Virus record (IMG/VR): IMGVR_UViG_3300020219_000015
Direction: 5' to 3' (one strand)
DNA from: an uncultured virus (IMG/VR IMGVR_UViG_3300020219_000015)
Lineage: Duplodnaviria > Heunggongvirae > Uroviricota > Caudoviricetes
Length of the DNA: 64,000 nt
The notes under the pieces are model-generated. The model ran no database searches and was not told the DNA's origin. It was given only the letters and a program-made list of their open reading frames with translations. Of the stretch, positions 7,632 to 17,853 are shown in pieces. The position numbers and the translations under genes are program-made. The number at the start of each line of letters is the position of its first letter. Positions within the stretch are counted from its first letter, which is position 1.

Positions 7632-8348
7632 ATGGAAGAGAATAAAAAGATTAGTACAAAGAAAGCTCCTATTACAGGGAAATTAATAGAACCAGGAAAT
7701 GTTAATGCTAAAATCAATAATATAATCTTTGAAAAAGCAGTATTTAAAAAGAAAGATGAGAAGGATCCTGATTCATGGAATATAATATTTCATATAGAAG
7801 GTCCTGACCTTGGAAAAGATTTTGAAGGATTCTTTATTGATTATGGTAATCCTGCAAAGGGGAGACACCGGGGATTAGTAGGAAAAGTAAAAGCAGATGA
7901 GTGGCCCTTTAAAGATGGAATAACCAAAGGAGGTACTAAGATTGAAAGAGATAAATTACTATTGAGATTCCTTCATAATACTTGTGAGGCTCTTGGATTA
8001 AACTCCTGGCTTGATGAGGAAGATAATAAACATGATAGTGTAGATAGTCTTATCCAGAAATTCTGTACTGATGGTTTGTATAAAGACAAATGGCTTAGAA
8101 TGTGTATTATGGGTAAAGAGTATCTTAATTCTAAAAAGTTCCTGAATTATGATATGGCATTTCCTAAGTTCTCTAAAACTAATGTTCCATTTGAACTAGA
8201 ATCTGTTCCTGCTAGTCAGAGTAGAGTAATATTATTTGATCCTTCTACTCATATAAGAAAGAAGAAAGTTGAATCTGTAGAATCTTTTGGAGAAGAGGAG
8301 ATTAAAGAAGAAACTCCTAAGACTGTGAATAAAGATTTTGAGTTATAA
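7632..8348 (+). CDS. Putative ssDNA-binding protein
   Basis: Acidic C-terminal tail ending DFEL; lies just before the primase. Confidence 0.5.
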   Translation: MEENKKISTKKAPITGKLIEPGNVNAKINNIIFEKAVFKKKDEKDPDSWNIIFHIEGPDLGKDFEGFFIDYGNPAKGRHRGLVGKVKADEWPFKDGITKGGTKIERDKLLLRFLHNTCEALGLNSWLDEEDNKHDSVDSLIQKFCTDGLYKDKWLRMCIMGKEYLNSKKFLNYDMAFPKFSKTNVPFELESVPASQSRVILFDPSTHIRKKKVESVESFGEEEIKEETPKTVNKDFEL

Positions 8349-8364
8349 TCTAATCTATGATAGT

Positions 8365-8393
8365 AAAGAGCCGGAGAAATCTGGCTCTTTTTT
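8365..8393 (+). terminator. Intrinsic terminator
   Basis: aaagagccgga-gaaa-tctggctcttt followed by a T tract. Confidence 0.8.
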
Positions 8394-8414
8394 ATCTTTA
8401 ATCCCTGATGTGTT

Positions 8415-9401
8415 ATGATAAGAACTAAGAAATTGATAGCTAGTATTAATGATGTACCTCCTACCTGGGCATTTGAGTATTATTTGAAATTACCACAAAA
8501 ATTATGTGGACAAGAGGTGTGTATTAGATCTATATTTAATATCAAAGATAAAACTCCATCATTTACTCTCTATTGGCATAAGAAGTTGGGCCGGTATCAG
8601 TTTAAGGATTTCTCTTCAGGATATGGAGGGAGCCAAACAGATCTAATAAGTTTAATGTTTAATATTAAACCTTCTGCTGCTATGTATAAGATCATTGAGG
8701 ATTATAATGAGTTTATCCTTAATAATGGAGACTGTTATGAGATAGCTGAATTCAAAGAACATAGTAAATATAAAGTTACTGAGTTTACAAAGAGACAATG
8801 GAATATATTAGATAGAGAATACTGGATGCAGTATAGTATTGGATCCAAGATACTTGAATATTATAATGTATTTCCTCTTGAAAAATATAAGCTTACTAAA
8901 GAAGATCAAGAGCTGGTTATAACCGGATATAATATTTATGGATTCTTCAGAAAGGATGGGAGTTTATATAAGATTTATCAACCTCATGTCCGGGATAAGA
9001 AATTTATAAAAATCAAGGACTATATCCAGGGAACTGATCAATTAAAATATGAAGCTCCAATACTAGTTATATGCTCTTCTATGAAGGATTTAATGTGTCT
9101 TATAAATTATAAATGGAATATGGAAGCTGTAGCTCCTCATAGTGAGAATACACTAATACCAGAACATATTATTGAAGCTTATAAACACAAGTATAAACTG
9201 ATAGTTACTCTATTAGATAATGATGAGGCCGGGATTAAAGCTATGAAAAAATATCAAGAGAAATATGATATTCCATATGCCCATCTTGAAGGAGAAAAAG
9301 ATCTATCAGATAATATAGCTAAATATAGAAAAGAAGCTATAAAGGGTAATACTTATGATTTAATTTATAATGCACTAAATACTAAACTACAAGAAGTATG
9401 A
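8415..9401 (+). CDS. DNA primase (TOPRIM), crAss-like type
   Basis: DKTPSF...FKDFSSG N-terminal domain, ICSSMKD, APHSEN and LDNDEAG...KDLSD TOPRIM motifs. Confidence 0.85.
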   Translation: MIRTKKLIASINDVPPTWAFEYYLKLPQKLCGQEVCIRSIFNIKDKTPSFTLYWHKKLGRYQFKDFSSGYGGSQTDLISLMFNIKPSAAMYKIIEDYNEFILNNGDCYEIAEFKEHSKYKVTEFTKRQWNILDREYWMQYSIGSKILEYYNVFPLEKYKLTKEDQELVITGYNIYGFFRKDGSLYKIYQPHVRDKKFIKIKDYIQGTDQLKYEAPILVICSSMKDLMCLINYKWNMEAVAPHSENTLIPEHIIEAYKHKYKLIVTLLDNDEAGIKAMKKYQEKYDIPYAHLEGEKDLSDNIAKYRKEAIKGNTYDLIYNALNTKLQEV

Positions 9402-9844
9402 ATAATTTAAAAATTCTAAGTCTCGATGTAGCAACTCATTGTGGTTGGTGCACTGAAACAGCTTCTGGAGTATGGGATTTCTCTATAAAAAGAGATGAAA
9501 GTTCTGGTATGAGGCTAATACGATTTAAGTCCAAGCTTAGAGAACTTGTAGATATAGAAAAAGTAAATCTAATTACTTTTGAAAGAACATCTGGCTTTCA
9601 TAAGAATGCATTAATAGTCCAAGCTGAATTACATGGAGTATTAAAGATCTTTTGTGAAGAAAATAAAATTGAGTATAGAGCATTTTCTGCTAGTGAGATA
9701 AAGAAATTTGCTACAGGAAAAGGGAATGCTGGTAAACCTGCTATGGTTCAGGCAGCTCAAGAGAAATATGGATATGCTGGTTATAATGATAATGAAGCTG
9801 ATGCTATTCATATATATCAATTAACAAAATCTTTTTATACATAG
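9398..9844 (+). CDS. RuvC-like Holliday junction resolvase
   Basis: ILSLDVATHCGW, ITFE, IKKFATGKGNAGK and DNEADA. Confidence 0.85.
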   Translation: MNNLKILSLDVATHCGWCTETASGVWDFSIKRDESSGMRLIRFKSKLRELVDIEKVNLITFERTSGFHKNALIVQAELHGVLKIFCEENKIEYRAFSASEIKKFATGKGNAGKPAMVQAAQEKYGYAGYNDNEADAIHIYQLTKSFYT

Positions 9845-9848
9845 TATT

Positions 9849-10150
9849 ATGACGAAAGTAAGTAATCTACGTACATTAACAAATATAGATCCTAAAGATT
9901 CAATTACAGTAGCTCCTGCTTATAATTCCTATCATACTAGTTGTATAATATGTAAAAATACGTTTAATGTATATATATACAGATTAATCAACCTTATCAA
10001 ACTAGTCTATGTGATAGGTGTATAGATAACTTAAAGAATATAGATAGACATGATATTGATAAAGCAGTTAGAGTGGGATCTGAATTAGATGGTATTACTC
10101 ATGAGTTGATTGAAATAACAAGATGGTATAAAAAAATGAAAAATATGTAA
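9849..10150 (+). pseudogene. CxxC-CxxC zinc-finger gene frameshifted at (TA)5, 9970-9979
   Basis: Removing one TA unit gives a 99 aa ORF with CIIC and CDRC that exactly fills the intergenic gap. Confidence 0.7.
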
Positions 10151-10151
10151 T

Positions 10152-10583
10152 ATGGAAAAAGTACAACAAGAAAAAATAACAGTAGATATAAATAATTATG
10201 AGAACTTTTGGGCTCTTCTTAATTCTGCAGATAAAGAGAATTCTGTAGTAGCTCTAACTATACTTAATAATGCAAATTTCCGGGAATCATTACCGTATAT
10301 ATTACTATTATTTAAATCTCAGGATGAGGCATCTAGAGCTACTTGGTTAAATAATGCCCTGGATTTAAAAAAGAAATTAGAGGGTATTGATATTAATAGT
10401 AACTCTAATCTTAGTTACAAAGCTATTATAGATTTAGTAAAAGATAAATGTCCAATAGAAGCTGTTCAGTTTACAATAGATAAATTTAGTTTAGTACTAA
10501 AGAAATATCTGGTAGAGTGGGGATTTGATTTTGTTAAAGATTTGGATCTAGTTTTAAAACTTAAAGTAGAAGATGGAAAATGA
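10152..10583 (+). CDS. Helical protein related to the C-termini of 14604 and 15730
   Basis: LLNSADKENSVVALTILNNANFRESLPYILLLF. Confidence 0.75.
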   Translation: MEKVQQEKITVDINNYENFWALLNSADKENSVVALTILNNANFRESLPYILLLFKSQDEASRATWLNNALDLKKKLEGIDINSNSNLSYKAIIDLVKDKCPIEAVQFTIDKFSLVLKKYLVEWGFDFVKDLDLVLKLKVEDGK

Positions 10584-10779
10584 CTCTGAAGAGATAATGG
10601 ATATGACTGGATTTGAAACAGTATTTCAGATACATGTTAAAATTGATCATGATAATAAAGATGCAGAAGTAAAAATAGAACATAAGCATGATGAAATTCC
10701 TAATGAAATATTAGTTGGTATACTTGAGTCTTTTATAAACCATCTTAAGGTAAAACAAGATAGAAGAAATATAAATTAG
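10573..10779 (+). CDS. Small hypothetical protein
   Basis: 68 aa, overlapping start. Confidence 0.6.
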   Translation: MENDSEEIMDMTGFETVFQIHVKIDHDNKDAEVKIEHKHDEIPNEILVGILESFINHLKVKQDRRNIN

Positions 10780-10800
10780 AATATTATAAATATTATAAAT

Positions 10801-12126
10801 ATGATAAATAAACATGATTCATTAGCAAAAGCATGTAAGCAGCTCTGCCTTAAAGAGCCATTTTATGGATTGTTCTTAATGATGCTTAATAAAGAATGGA
10901 ACAATACTAAAGTTCCAAGTGCCGGAGTAAGTAAGAATGGTATAAATTATCAGTTAACAGTTAATGAAAATTTCTGGAATGGTCTTACTGAATTATGGCA
11001 GTTAATGATTATGAAGCATGAACTACTTCATATATCATTCTTTCATCTGGAGAATCAAGATAGGTTCCCGGATAAAGTAGTAGCTAATATAGCTATGGAT
11101 ATTGAGATCAATCAGTATATTGATCCATCTTGGCTTCCTTGTTTTGATGTAACTACTAAAGAGTTTGAGGCTAAGTATACTCCTATTGGTAAAAAGTTAG
11201 CAGAAGATGTTAAAGATGGAGTTATTACAATGGAAGAGTATACTAAACAGAGTCATGCTATTCCTCCAAGAGGTGTGTATATCCAGGATTTTCCGGAATT
11301 GAAGTTAGAGCCTAAGAAAGGAACTAAGTATTACTATGATAAGTTAATGCAAGGTAAAGAGCAAAAAGAGAAAACCGGAAGTTCAGGATCCTCAGCTCTA
11401 GATAGTCTATTAGATCAAATGGATAGTGGACAACCTACAGTATGTGATCATGGCACTTGGAAAGAGTTTGAAGCTATGTCAGAGACTGAAAAGAAGCTAT
11501 TAAGAAGCCAGACTGATTTTCATCTTAAAGAAGTAGCTGATGCTATTACTAAAAGCCGGGGAACTATTCCAAGTGAGTTAGCTGATTACATTAGTAAGAT
11601 AGATCACAAAGAGCCTCCTAAATTTGACTGGAAGGGGTATCTAAGAAGATTTACCGGTGGTTCTACTAAGATCTATACTAAGAAGCTTCATAGGAAGTAT
11701 AATAAGAGATTTGAAGATAATCCGGGATTAAAGATTAAGCAAAAGAGACATGTTCTAGTAGCTGTAGATACTTCAGGATCTGTAAGTAAAAATGAACTTG
11801 AAGAATTCTTTCATGAGATCTATCATATACACAAAGGAGGCACTGAAGTAACAGTAGTCCAATGTGATGCTGCTATAGCTAAAATAGAACCTTTTAAAAA
11901 GGATACTGCAGATAAGATTAAAGTTCATGGCCGGGGAGGAACTAGTTTTGATCCTCCATGTGATTATTTTAATGAGAATCCTCATAAGTATAGCTGTATG
12001 ATCTATTTTACTGATGGAGAAGCTCCAGCACCTGTAAATAAGATAAGAGGGAAGATACTATGGGTATTATCTAGTACATCTAATCTAAATGATGAATTAC
12101 CGGGATTAAAAATAAAATTGAATTAA
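10801..12126 (+). CDS. Metallopeptidase-like plus vWA domain protein (DUF2201-type)
   Basis: KHELLH and NIAMDIEINQ in the N-terminal part; MIDAS motif VAVDTSGS, GRGGTSF and IYFTDG. Confidence 0.88.
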   Translation: MINKHDSLAKACKQLCLKEPFYGLFLMMLNKEWNNTKVPSAGVSKNGINYQLTVNENFWNGLTELWQLMIMKHELLHISFFHLENQDRFPDKVVANIAMDIEINQYIDPSWLPCFDVTTKEFEAKYTPIGKKLAEDVKDGVITMEEYTKQSHAIPPRGVYIQDFPELKLEPKKGTKYYYDKLMQGKEQKEKTGSSGSSALDSLLDQMDSGQPTVCDHGTWKEFEAMSETEKKLLRSQTDFHLKEVADAITKSRGTIPSELADYISKIDHKEPPKFDWKGYLRRFTGGSTKIYTKKLHRKYNKRFEDNPGLKIKQKRHVLVAVDTSGSVSKNELEEFFHEIYHIHKGGTEVTVVQCDAAIAKIEPFKKDTADKIKVHGRGGTSFDPPCDYFNENPHKYSCMIYFTDGEAPAPVNKIRGKILWVLSSTSNLNDELPGLKIKLN

Positions 12127-12149
12127 TAAATATTTAAACTAAAAAGGAT

Positions 12150-14410
12150 ATGAGCAAAGAAAATGCACAAGTAAATTTAAACATAGATGAACTAAAAGAC
12201 TTCCTAAAGCATATAATAAAGAATAATGAATATATTCAGCTATCTAATAAAAATCCGGTGGCTGTAGAAGTAATTGGAGAATCAGGAATTGGTAAGACTT
12301 CTGCAGTAGTTCAGTTGGCTGATGAATTAAAGTTAAACTTTATAAAGTTAAACTTAAGTCAAATAGAAGAGTTAGGGGATTAAACATTGCTTATCTGGAA
12401 GAGTTTTGTAACTTTGTAGACAAAACTTAACTAAGATGAAAAATCTCTTCTATGAACTAAAAGTAAATGAACTCAAATCTAAGTGTGGTGTATATATGAT
12501 ATCGTGTAAAGATCATAAATATATAGGTAGTAGTAAGTCTTTATATTCCCGGTTAAGGGAGCATAGAGGTGATATGCTATTGAATAACCATACTAATTCT
12601 TTCCTTCAAGCTTGTTATAATAAATATAGTGCTTCTGAAATATTTTATACTATTCTGGAACTTTGTTCTCCTGAAGAGAGAATATGTAAAGAAGCCTTAT
12701 ATATTAAACAGCTTGAGTCGGATATGAATATGCAGAATCCTGTTACTAAAACTTTATCGAATATAAGTAAGAAAAAAATATCAAAATCATTGATAAAAGC
12801 TTACTTAGAAGGTAGAAAAGTTACTAAGCAGCAGAGTCCGGTAGAGATGTATGATCTGAATGGAAATTTCATCAAAGAGTATAATAGTAGTGATGAAGCA
12901 GCTAAAGAGAATGGAGTAAGTCCTCATACTATACAAATAGCAGCAAGTAAATATTATGCTGGTAGATTATGTGGATTAAGAAGATTTAGATATAAATTTT
13001 CAAAATTTCCTCCAAAGAAATTCTCTTATGTTAGACCTCAGAGTATAACATCTAGATTTGAGTTTGTAATAGTAGAACCTAATAATAATGTGATTAAGAT
13101 AAAGTCTGGAGTAAAAAATATAAATCAGGCTATTGTTGATCAATTATTAAAAGGTAATACTGAATTTAAGATTAAAGGATATCCCAAGGTCCCCTTTAAA
13201 TCGGGTGAATTGCTGGAACAGCCTGAAAAGGCCAATCAGCAGCCAAGCTAATCAGGAATGGTTAGAAGGTTCAACGACTAGTAGCATACCACCAGAAAGG
13301 TGATGAAGCTGCCAAGAGCTCCCGACAATAGTATAGCAAAACTATTGATGATATAGTCTGAACAGTAGCTATAAATAAAACTACTGAATTACAAGATAAA
13401 GAACTTGTAAGATAACAATATTGTTAGTGGGATATCCTATTAGACAATTTCAGTTGTGTAAGAAAGAAACTAAAGCTGTTGGATCTTTAGGTACTGATTT
13501 AGTTAATTGTATATGGATAGATGAGCATGCTATTTCTGAGTATATAAAGCAAGGATATGCATTTACTGGTGACAAGAGGATGTCCTATTGTCCTCCAGAA
13601 TGGATTGCAGATAAACAAGGAGGAGGTATATTATTATTGGATGACTGGAACCGGGCAGATTTGAGATTTCTTCAGGCTGTGATGGAATTGGTAGATAGAC
13701 AAGAATATATATCATGGAAGCTTCCTAAGGGCTGGAATATCTTTCTAAGTGCTAATCCGGATAATGGAGATTACTTAGTTAATACTATAGATGTGGCTCA
13801 AAAGACAAGGTTCATATCGGCTAATTTAAAGTTTGATATTACCTGCTGGGCAAGATGGGCTGAGAAACAAGGTATAGATGGCCGGTGTATTAATTTCTTG
13901 CTCTTACATCCTGAAGTAGTAACTCAACAATGTAATTCAAGATCTATTACTAACTTCTTTAATAGTATTAGTTCATTTGAAAAGTTTGAAGACAATCTTC
14001 CTATGATTCAGCTAATTGGAGAAGGATCAGTAGGTCCTCAATTCTCAACTATGTTTACTATTTTCATTAATAATAAACTGGATAAATTAGTTAGTCCTAA
14101 AGAGATGCTTACTAATCCAAACTGGATTCATGTTAAATCAGAACTGAAAGCTTGTGTAGGTGAAGGAAATGGTTATAGATCCGATATAGCAAGTATCTTA
14201 AGTACAAGGTTAATAAACTATAGTATAGTACATGCAGAAAAGCATACTATAACTAAAGATCTAACTGATAGATTAATTGCTATTACTACAGAGGAGATTC
14301 TTGCTAATGATCTAAAGTATTTTATAGTTAAAAGTATACTTAATGCAAATAAATCAAAATTTCAGGGAATAATGTTAAATAAAGAAGTAGTGGCAATGGC
14401 AATAAAATAA
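12150..14410 (+). CDS. MoxR-like AAA+ ATPase; exons 12150-12380 and 13424-14410 (405 aa spliced)
   Basis: Walker A GESGIGKT in exon 1; LLLDDWNRA and SANP in exon 2; the junction restores IEELGD|LVGYP in frame. Confidence 0.9.
12387..12416 (+). promoter_or_regulatory. Intron-internal Bacteroidetes-type promoter for the endonuclease
   Basis: TTG-N19-TAACTTTG, about 20 nt before the ATG at 12436. Confidence 0.6.
12436..13251 (+). CDS. Intron-encoded GIY-YIG homing endonuclease with a NUMOD1-like domain
   Basis: GVYMI...YIGSS...RLREH; PVEMYDLNGNFIKEY. Confidence 0.9.
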   Translation: MKNLFYELKVNELKSKCGVYMISCKDHKYIGSSKSLYSRLREHRGDMLLNNHTNSFLQACYNKYSASEIFYTILELCSPEERICKEALYIKQLESDMNMQNPVTKTLSNISKKKISKSLIKAYLEGRKVTKQQSPVEMYDLNGNFIKEYNSSDEAAKENGVSPHTIQIAASKYYAGRLCGLRRFRYKFSKFPPKKFSYVRPQSITSRFEFVIVEPNNNVIKIKSGVKNINQAIVDQLLKGNTEFKIKGYPKVPFKSGELLEQPEKANQQPS

Positions 14411-14412
14411 CA

Positions 14413-14607
14413 ATGATTAATTTTTTAAGATATAGATATGAACCCGGACTCAATGATGAAAAAAGACTACAATTATGTATTAGTTATTTTTGTCTTATTG
14501 AGTCCGGCTATATTGATTCTGGAACAGATGATGTACATAAATTTGTAAGTCTTATGGGAAGAAATGAACAATCTATTATGTATAGAATAAATAAGAAAAG
14601 AAAATGA
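14413..14607 (+). CDS. Small hypothetical protein
   Basis: 64 aa, coupled within the operon. Confidence 0.55.
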   Translation: MINFLRYRYEPGLNDEKRLQLCISYFCLIESGYIDSGTDDVHKFVSLMGRNEQSIMYRINKKRK

Positions 14608-15737
14608 GTTATAATCCATTTATTAAAATAGATCAGGATAAGATTGATAAACTTCCCTGGATTCAACAGGGTTGGCAATATTATTTTGCTGATAGTAATA
14701 AAAGTATTGGTGTAGGTATTGTATATGATGTCTCAAGAGAGACCTATGGTAAACTTAATGAAAGACTTAGGGGGTCTGGAAATGACACTATTAAGCCAAA
14801 AGATAAAGTATATCTCTTACCTGGTAGTAAGATTCCCTTGTTTAAGTTAAAAGATCATCTTAGAAAAATAGGAGCTACTCATGTTGGTGATATAAATAAA
14901 GCTACATTCTTTATAGGTAATAATAATATAGCTTTTAAAGTTGAACATGCTCAAGCAAAGATGACTAATATTATATTTACTGATAGAAGTCCTGAAATAG
15001 TTACAGATAATTATTCATGTGAGAGTCATTTTACTACTAGATATTCTACAGAGGCCAGATCTTCTGTAGAAGGTTATATTAATAGTGGTGATAGATATTC
15101 TCAGATATATTTAGCTTATCCTACTTGTAGAGGAGGTATAGACTGGGTTGAAAGTAGATTTGTTCAATATTTTGTTACTCCGGTAGCAGCTATGATTATT
15201 TATAATTCTATATCTAAGAAGATTCCAATTGTTAGTGAGGATGTAATTCTTGATCAGATGTCATCTACTATTATAGATCAAGAAGTATATGAAAGTATAG
15301 TAAGTATGTTTCAGAGTAAAGATCGAACTAATCATGAAATAGGAATAGAAATTATGGCTAATTGTGATATAAAGAAATCTATCTTTTATTTATGGAAATT
15401 AAATAAAGGATGGTCTTACAAAATTAATAATTCAAGAATGAAAAATATAAGATTATTTGTTGAGAGATCTGCATGGAAGGACTTATATGGTATGGATGCA
15501 GAAGACTTTATTGAGTATATGTATACTAATGATTATTTAACTAAAGAGTTTTATCAGGAATTAATTAAGACAGCTGCTGAGAACTATAAAGATAAGTTTA
15601 AGTTAGAGTCTCCTGTATTTAAAATAACATTAGCTCCATCTGAGAAATATAAAGAGTATTCAGATGAGACTAATGTGTTTGAGTTTACTCATAAGGATGA
15701 ACAAACTACAACAAGAAATATTGAAAACTATGCATAA
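14604..15737 (+). CDS. BRCT-like domain protein, paralog A
   Basis: KVYLLPGSKIPLFKLKD...GDINKATFFIG; C-terminal SKDRTNHEIGIEIMANC. Confidence 0.7.
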   Translation: MSYNPFIKIDQDKIDKLPWIQQGWQYYFADSNKSIGVGIVYDVSRETYGKLNERLRGSGNDTIKPKDKVYLLPGSKIPLFKLKDHLRKIGATHVGDINKATFFIGNNNIAFKVEHAQAKMTNIIFTDRSPEIVTDNYSCESHFTTRYSTEARSSVEGYINSGDRYSQIYLAYPTCRGGIDWVESRFVQYFVTPVAAMIIYNSISKKIPIVSEDVILDQMSSTIIDQEVYESIVSMFQSKDRTNHEIGIEIMANCDIKKSIFYLWKLNKGWSYKINNSRMKNIRLFVERSAWKDLYGMDAEDFIEYMYTNDYLTKEFYQELIKTAAENYKDKFKLESPVFKITLAPSEKYKEYSDETNVFEFTHKDEQTTTRNIENYA

Positions 15738-16836
15738 TAAATTTGAGGAAACTATTGTAATTGATAGGTTTGATGCTAGTACTAATTGTATAAAATATTC
15801 TAAAAGGTTTGTATATATTCCTGAAATAACTTCAAGAATTCCGGATGATGAAGATGAAAGTGAATATAAAGTAGAATGGGTTAATTGGAGTGAGTTATAT
15901 AAAGATATCTCAAAGAAAAATCTTGATATTACTAATGTAAATACTATACATTTTTATAATAAATGTACAGTTCCTAGGTTTAAATTAAAAGACTTTTGTA
16001 CTGCAAATAGTATATCTTCAGTAAGAGATAGTAATAAAGCAGATATTGTAATATTAGGTCCGGAAAGTATAGATACAACTATTTATACTTCTTACTCAAC
16101 AATTATAGAACCTGAAGTACTATATACTATCATATTTACTCATAAAGATATCCTTTTAGGAGAGTTTAGTAATCTTGATCAATTTCTTTCTGATTTGAAA
16201 TCCTGTACATGTAAATATATATTTAATACTCAAGACTATGCTTACTATGCTTTTAGAAAAATATTTATTAGTAAAGGATTAATTAAAATTAGTGAACAAC
16301 TTCAAGGTTTTATAGTAAATAGGTTCTCTATTACTAATGATCCAAGTTTTGTAGATAAACTAATTGATCCTAATAATAATTTCTATGGTCAAGATAGTAT
16401 CTTGAGACTTTTAAATATAGGAGCTATAATAAATAAAGAAGTAAGTGATCAAATCAGTGCTCTAATTGATAGTGAAGATAAACAGAACGTAGTAGTAGCT
16501 ATGGAGATTATGGCTAATTGCAACTATGAAGAATCTATTATATACTTATGTCTATTATTTAGAAACTATTATGGAACCAAATTTAGGTCAGTAAAAGAAA
16601 ATAATGCTGTAAATTTTATATCTCTTAAAAAGTATTTGGGTCTTAATTTATATCGTATTACTTTAGATAATATTGTAAATGTATGTATTAATAAAGATCT
16701 ATTGACTCAATCTAATATTGATATCCTTCAGAGTATTGCATTTGCTGAAGCTCAAGAATCTGCTAATACTAAATATTTTTGGATTACTAAAGTGGATTTT
16801 GTTAAAGAAGCTATAGAAGAGGAGGTAGAAGTATGA
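15730..16836 (+). CDS. BRCT-like domain protein, paralog B (start revised from 15664)
   Basis: IHFYNKCTVPRFKLKD...RDSNKADIVIL; C-terminal SEDKQNVVVAMEIMANC. Confidence 0.7.
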   Translation: MHNKFEETIVIDRFDASTNCIKYSKRFVYIPEITSRIPDDEDESEYKVEWVNWSELYKDISKKNLDITNVNTIHFYNKCTVPRFKLKDFCTANSISSVRDSNKADIVILGPESIDTTIYTSYSTIIEPEVLYTIIFTHKDILLGEFSNLDQFLSDLKSCTCKYIFNTQDYAYYAFRKIFISKGLIKISEQLQGFIVNRFSITNDPSFVDKLIDPNNNFYGQDSILRLLNIGAIINKEVSDQISALIDSEDKQNVVVAMEIMANCNYEESIIYLCLLFRNYYGTKFRSVKENNAVNFISLKKYLGLNLYRITLDNIVNVCINKDLLTQSNIDILQSIAFAEAQESANTKYFWITKVDFVKEAIEEEVEV

Positions 16837-17840
16837 GTAGATCGGATCCAGGTTTAGATTCACAAGTAGTCAATCTTGAAGATGAATTCTTTAATAAGAA
16901 ACACTACTTTTCATATTCAGGTTTGCAGAAGTTATTATATTCTCCTAAATTATGGTATAACCATTATATTATAGGAGAAAGAGAAGATAGATTAGATCAG
17001 CATTTAATTGATGGAAAAGTGATCCATTGTTTACTATTAGACAATGGTAATTTTGAGAAACAATTTATTATACTTCCGGGGAGGCTTCCCACAGGAAATA
17101 ATAGAGTAGTAATAGATAAGTTATTTAACTTAACAAGGAATACAAAATCAGAAAAAGTATTAGGAGAGTTTGATAAAGAGATTTTAGAAATACTAAAAGA
17201 GATAGATCTTCATCAATCATTGAAGACAGATGCTCAAAGGATAGAAAAGATAGTAACAGAAGAAAGTCGGAGTTACTATAATTATTTAGCAGAAAAAGGA
17301 AATAAGGATATACTGGATGAGGAGACCTTAGCAAGATGTCAGGAATCAGTAAAAATCCTAAGAAATAATAAGAAAGTAACACAATTATTATGTCTGGAGT
17401 GTGACAACTCTATAGATATATATAATGAACTAGAAATAAAAGTTGAAGCCGGGGATTGGCCTTTTGGGTTTAAGGGGATTATAGATAATCTGGTTATAGA
17501 TAGAACCAATAAGGTTGTTTATATTAATGACTTAAAGACAAGTGGAAAAACTCTTGCTGATTTTAAAGAGACCATAGAGTATTATAAGTACTGGCTTCAG
17601 GCTGCTATTTATATCTTTATGGTAAAGAAGTATTATAATTTAGATACAAGCTGGAAAATTAAGTTCACATTTATTGTTATTGATAAGTATCTACAGGTTT
17701 ACCCATTTGTAATTAGTGAAGCTACAATGAGTATATGGAATGACCGATTTTTAGATGCTGTATTAGTTGCAAACTATCATTATGAAAATAAATCTTTTGA
17801 TTTACCATATGAATTTTGTACTAATTCTGTAATTTTATAA
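16833..17840 (+). CDS. PD-(D/E)XK exonuclease (RecE/ExoVIII-like)
   Basis: FSYSGL, GKVIHCLLL, NE, FKGIID, DLKT and YWLQAAIY. Confidence 0.85.
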   Translation: MSRSDPGLDSQVVNLEDEFFNKKHYFSYSGLQKLLYSPKLWYNHYIIGEREDRLDQHLIDGKVIHCLLLDNGNFEKQFIILPGRLPTGNNRVVIDKLFNLTRNTKSEKVLGEFDKEILEILKEIDLHQSLKTDAQRIEKIVTEESRSYYNYLAEKGNKDILDEETLARCQESVKILRNNKKVTQLLCLECDNSIDIYNELEIKVEAGDWPFGFKGIIDNLVIDRTNKVVYINDLKTSGKTLADFKETIEYYKYWLQAAIYIFMVKKYYNLDTSWKIKFTFIVIDKYLQVYPFVISEATMSIWNDRFLDAVLVANYHYENKSFDLPYEFCTNSVIL

Positions 17841-17853
17841 TATAAACTTAATA

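Larger units (their letters stand above)
12381..13423 (+). mobile_element. Group I intron (phage IA-like) in the AAA ATPase gene
   Basis: Exon ends in U and intron ends in G. Core elements gaattgctggaa, aatcagcagcc, ttcaacgacta and gatatagtct. IGS gtcccct at 13189-13195. Confidence 0.93.
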
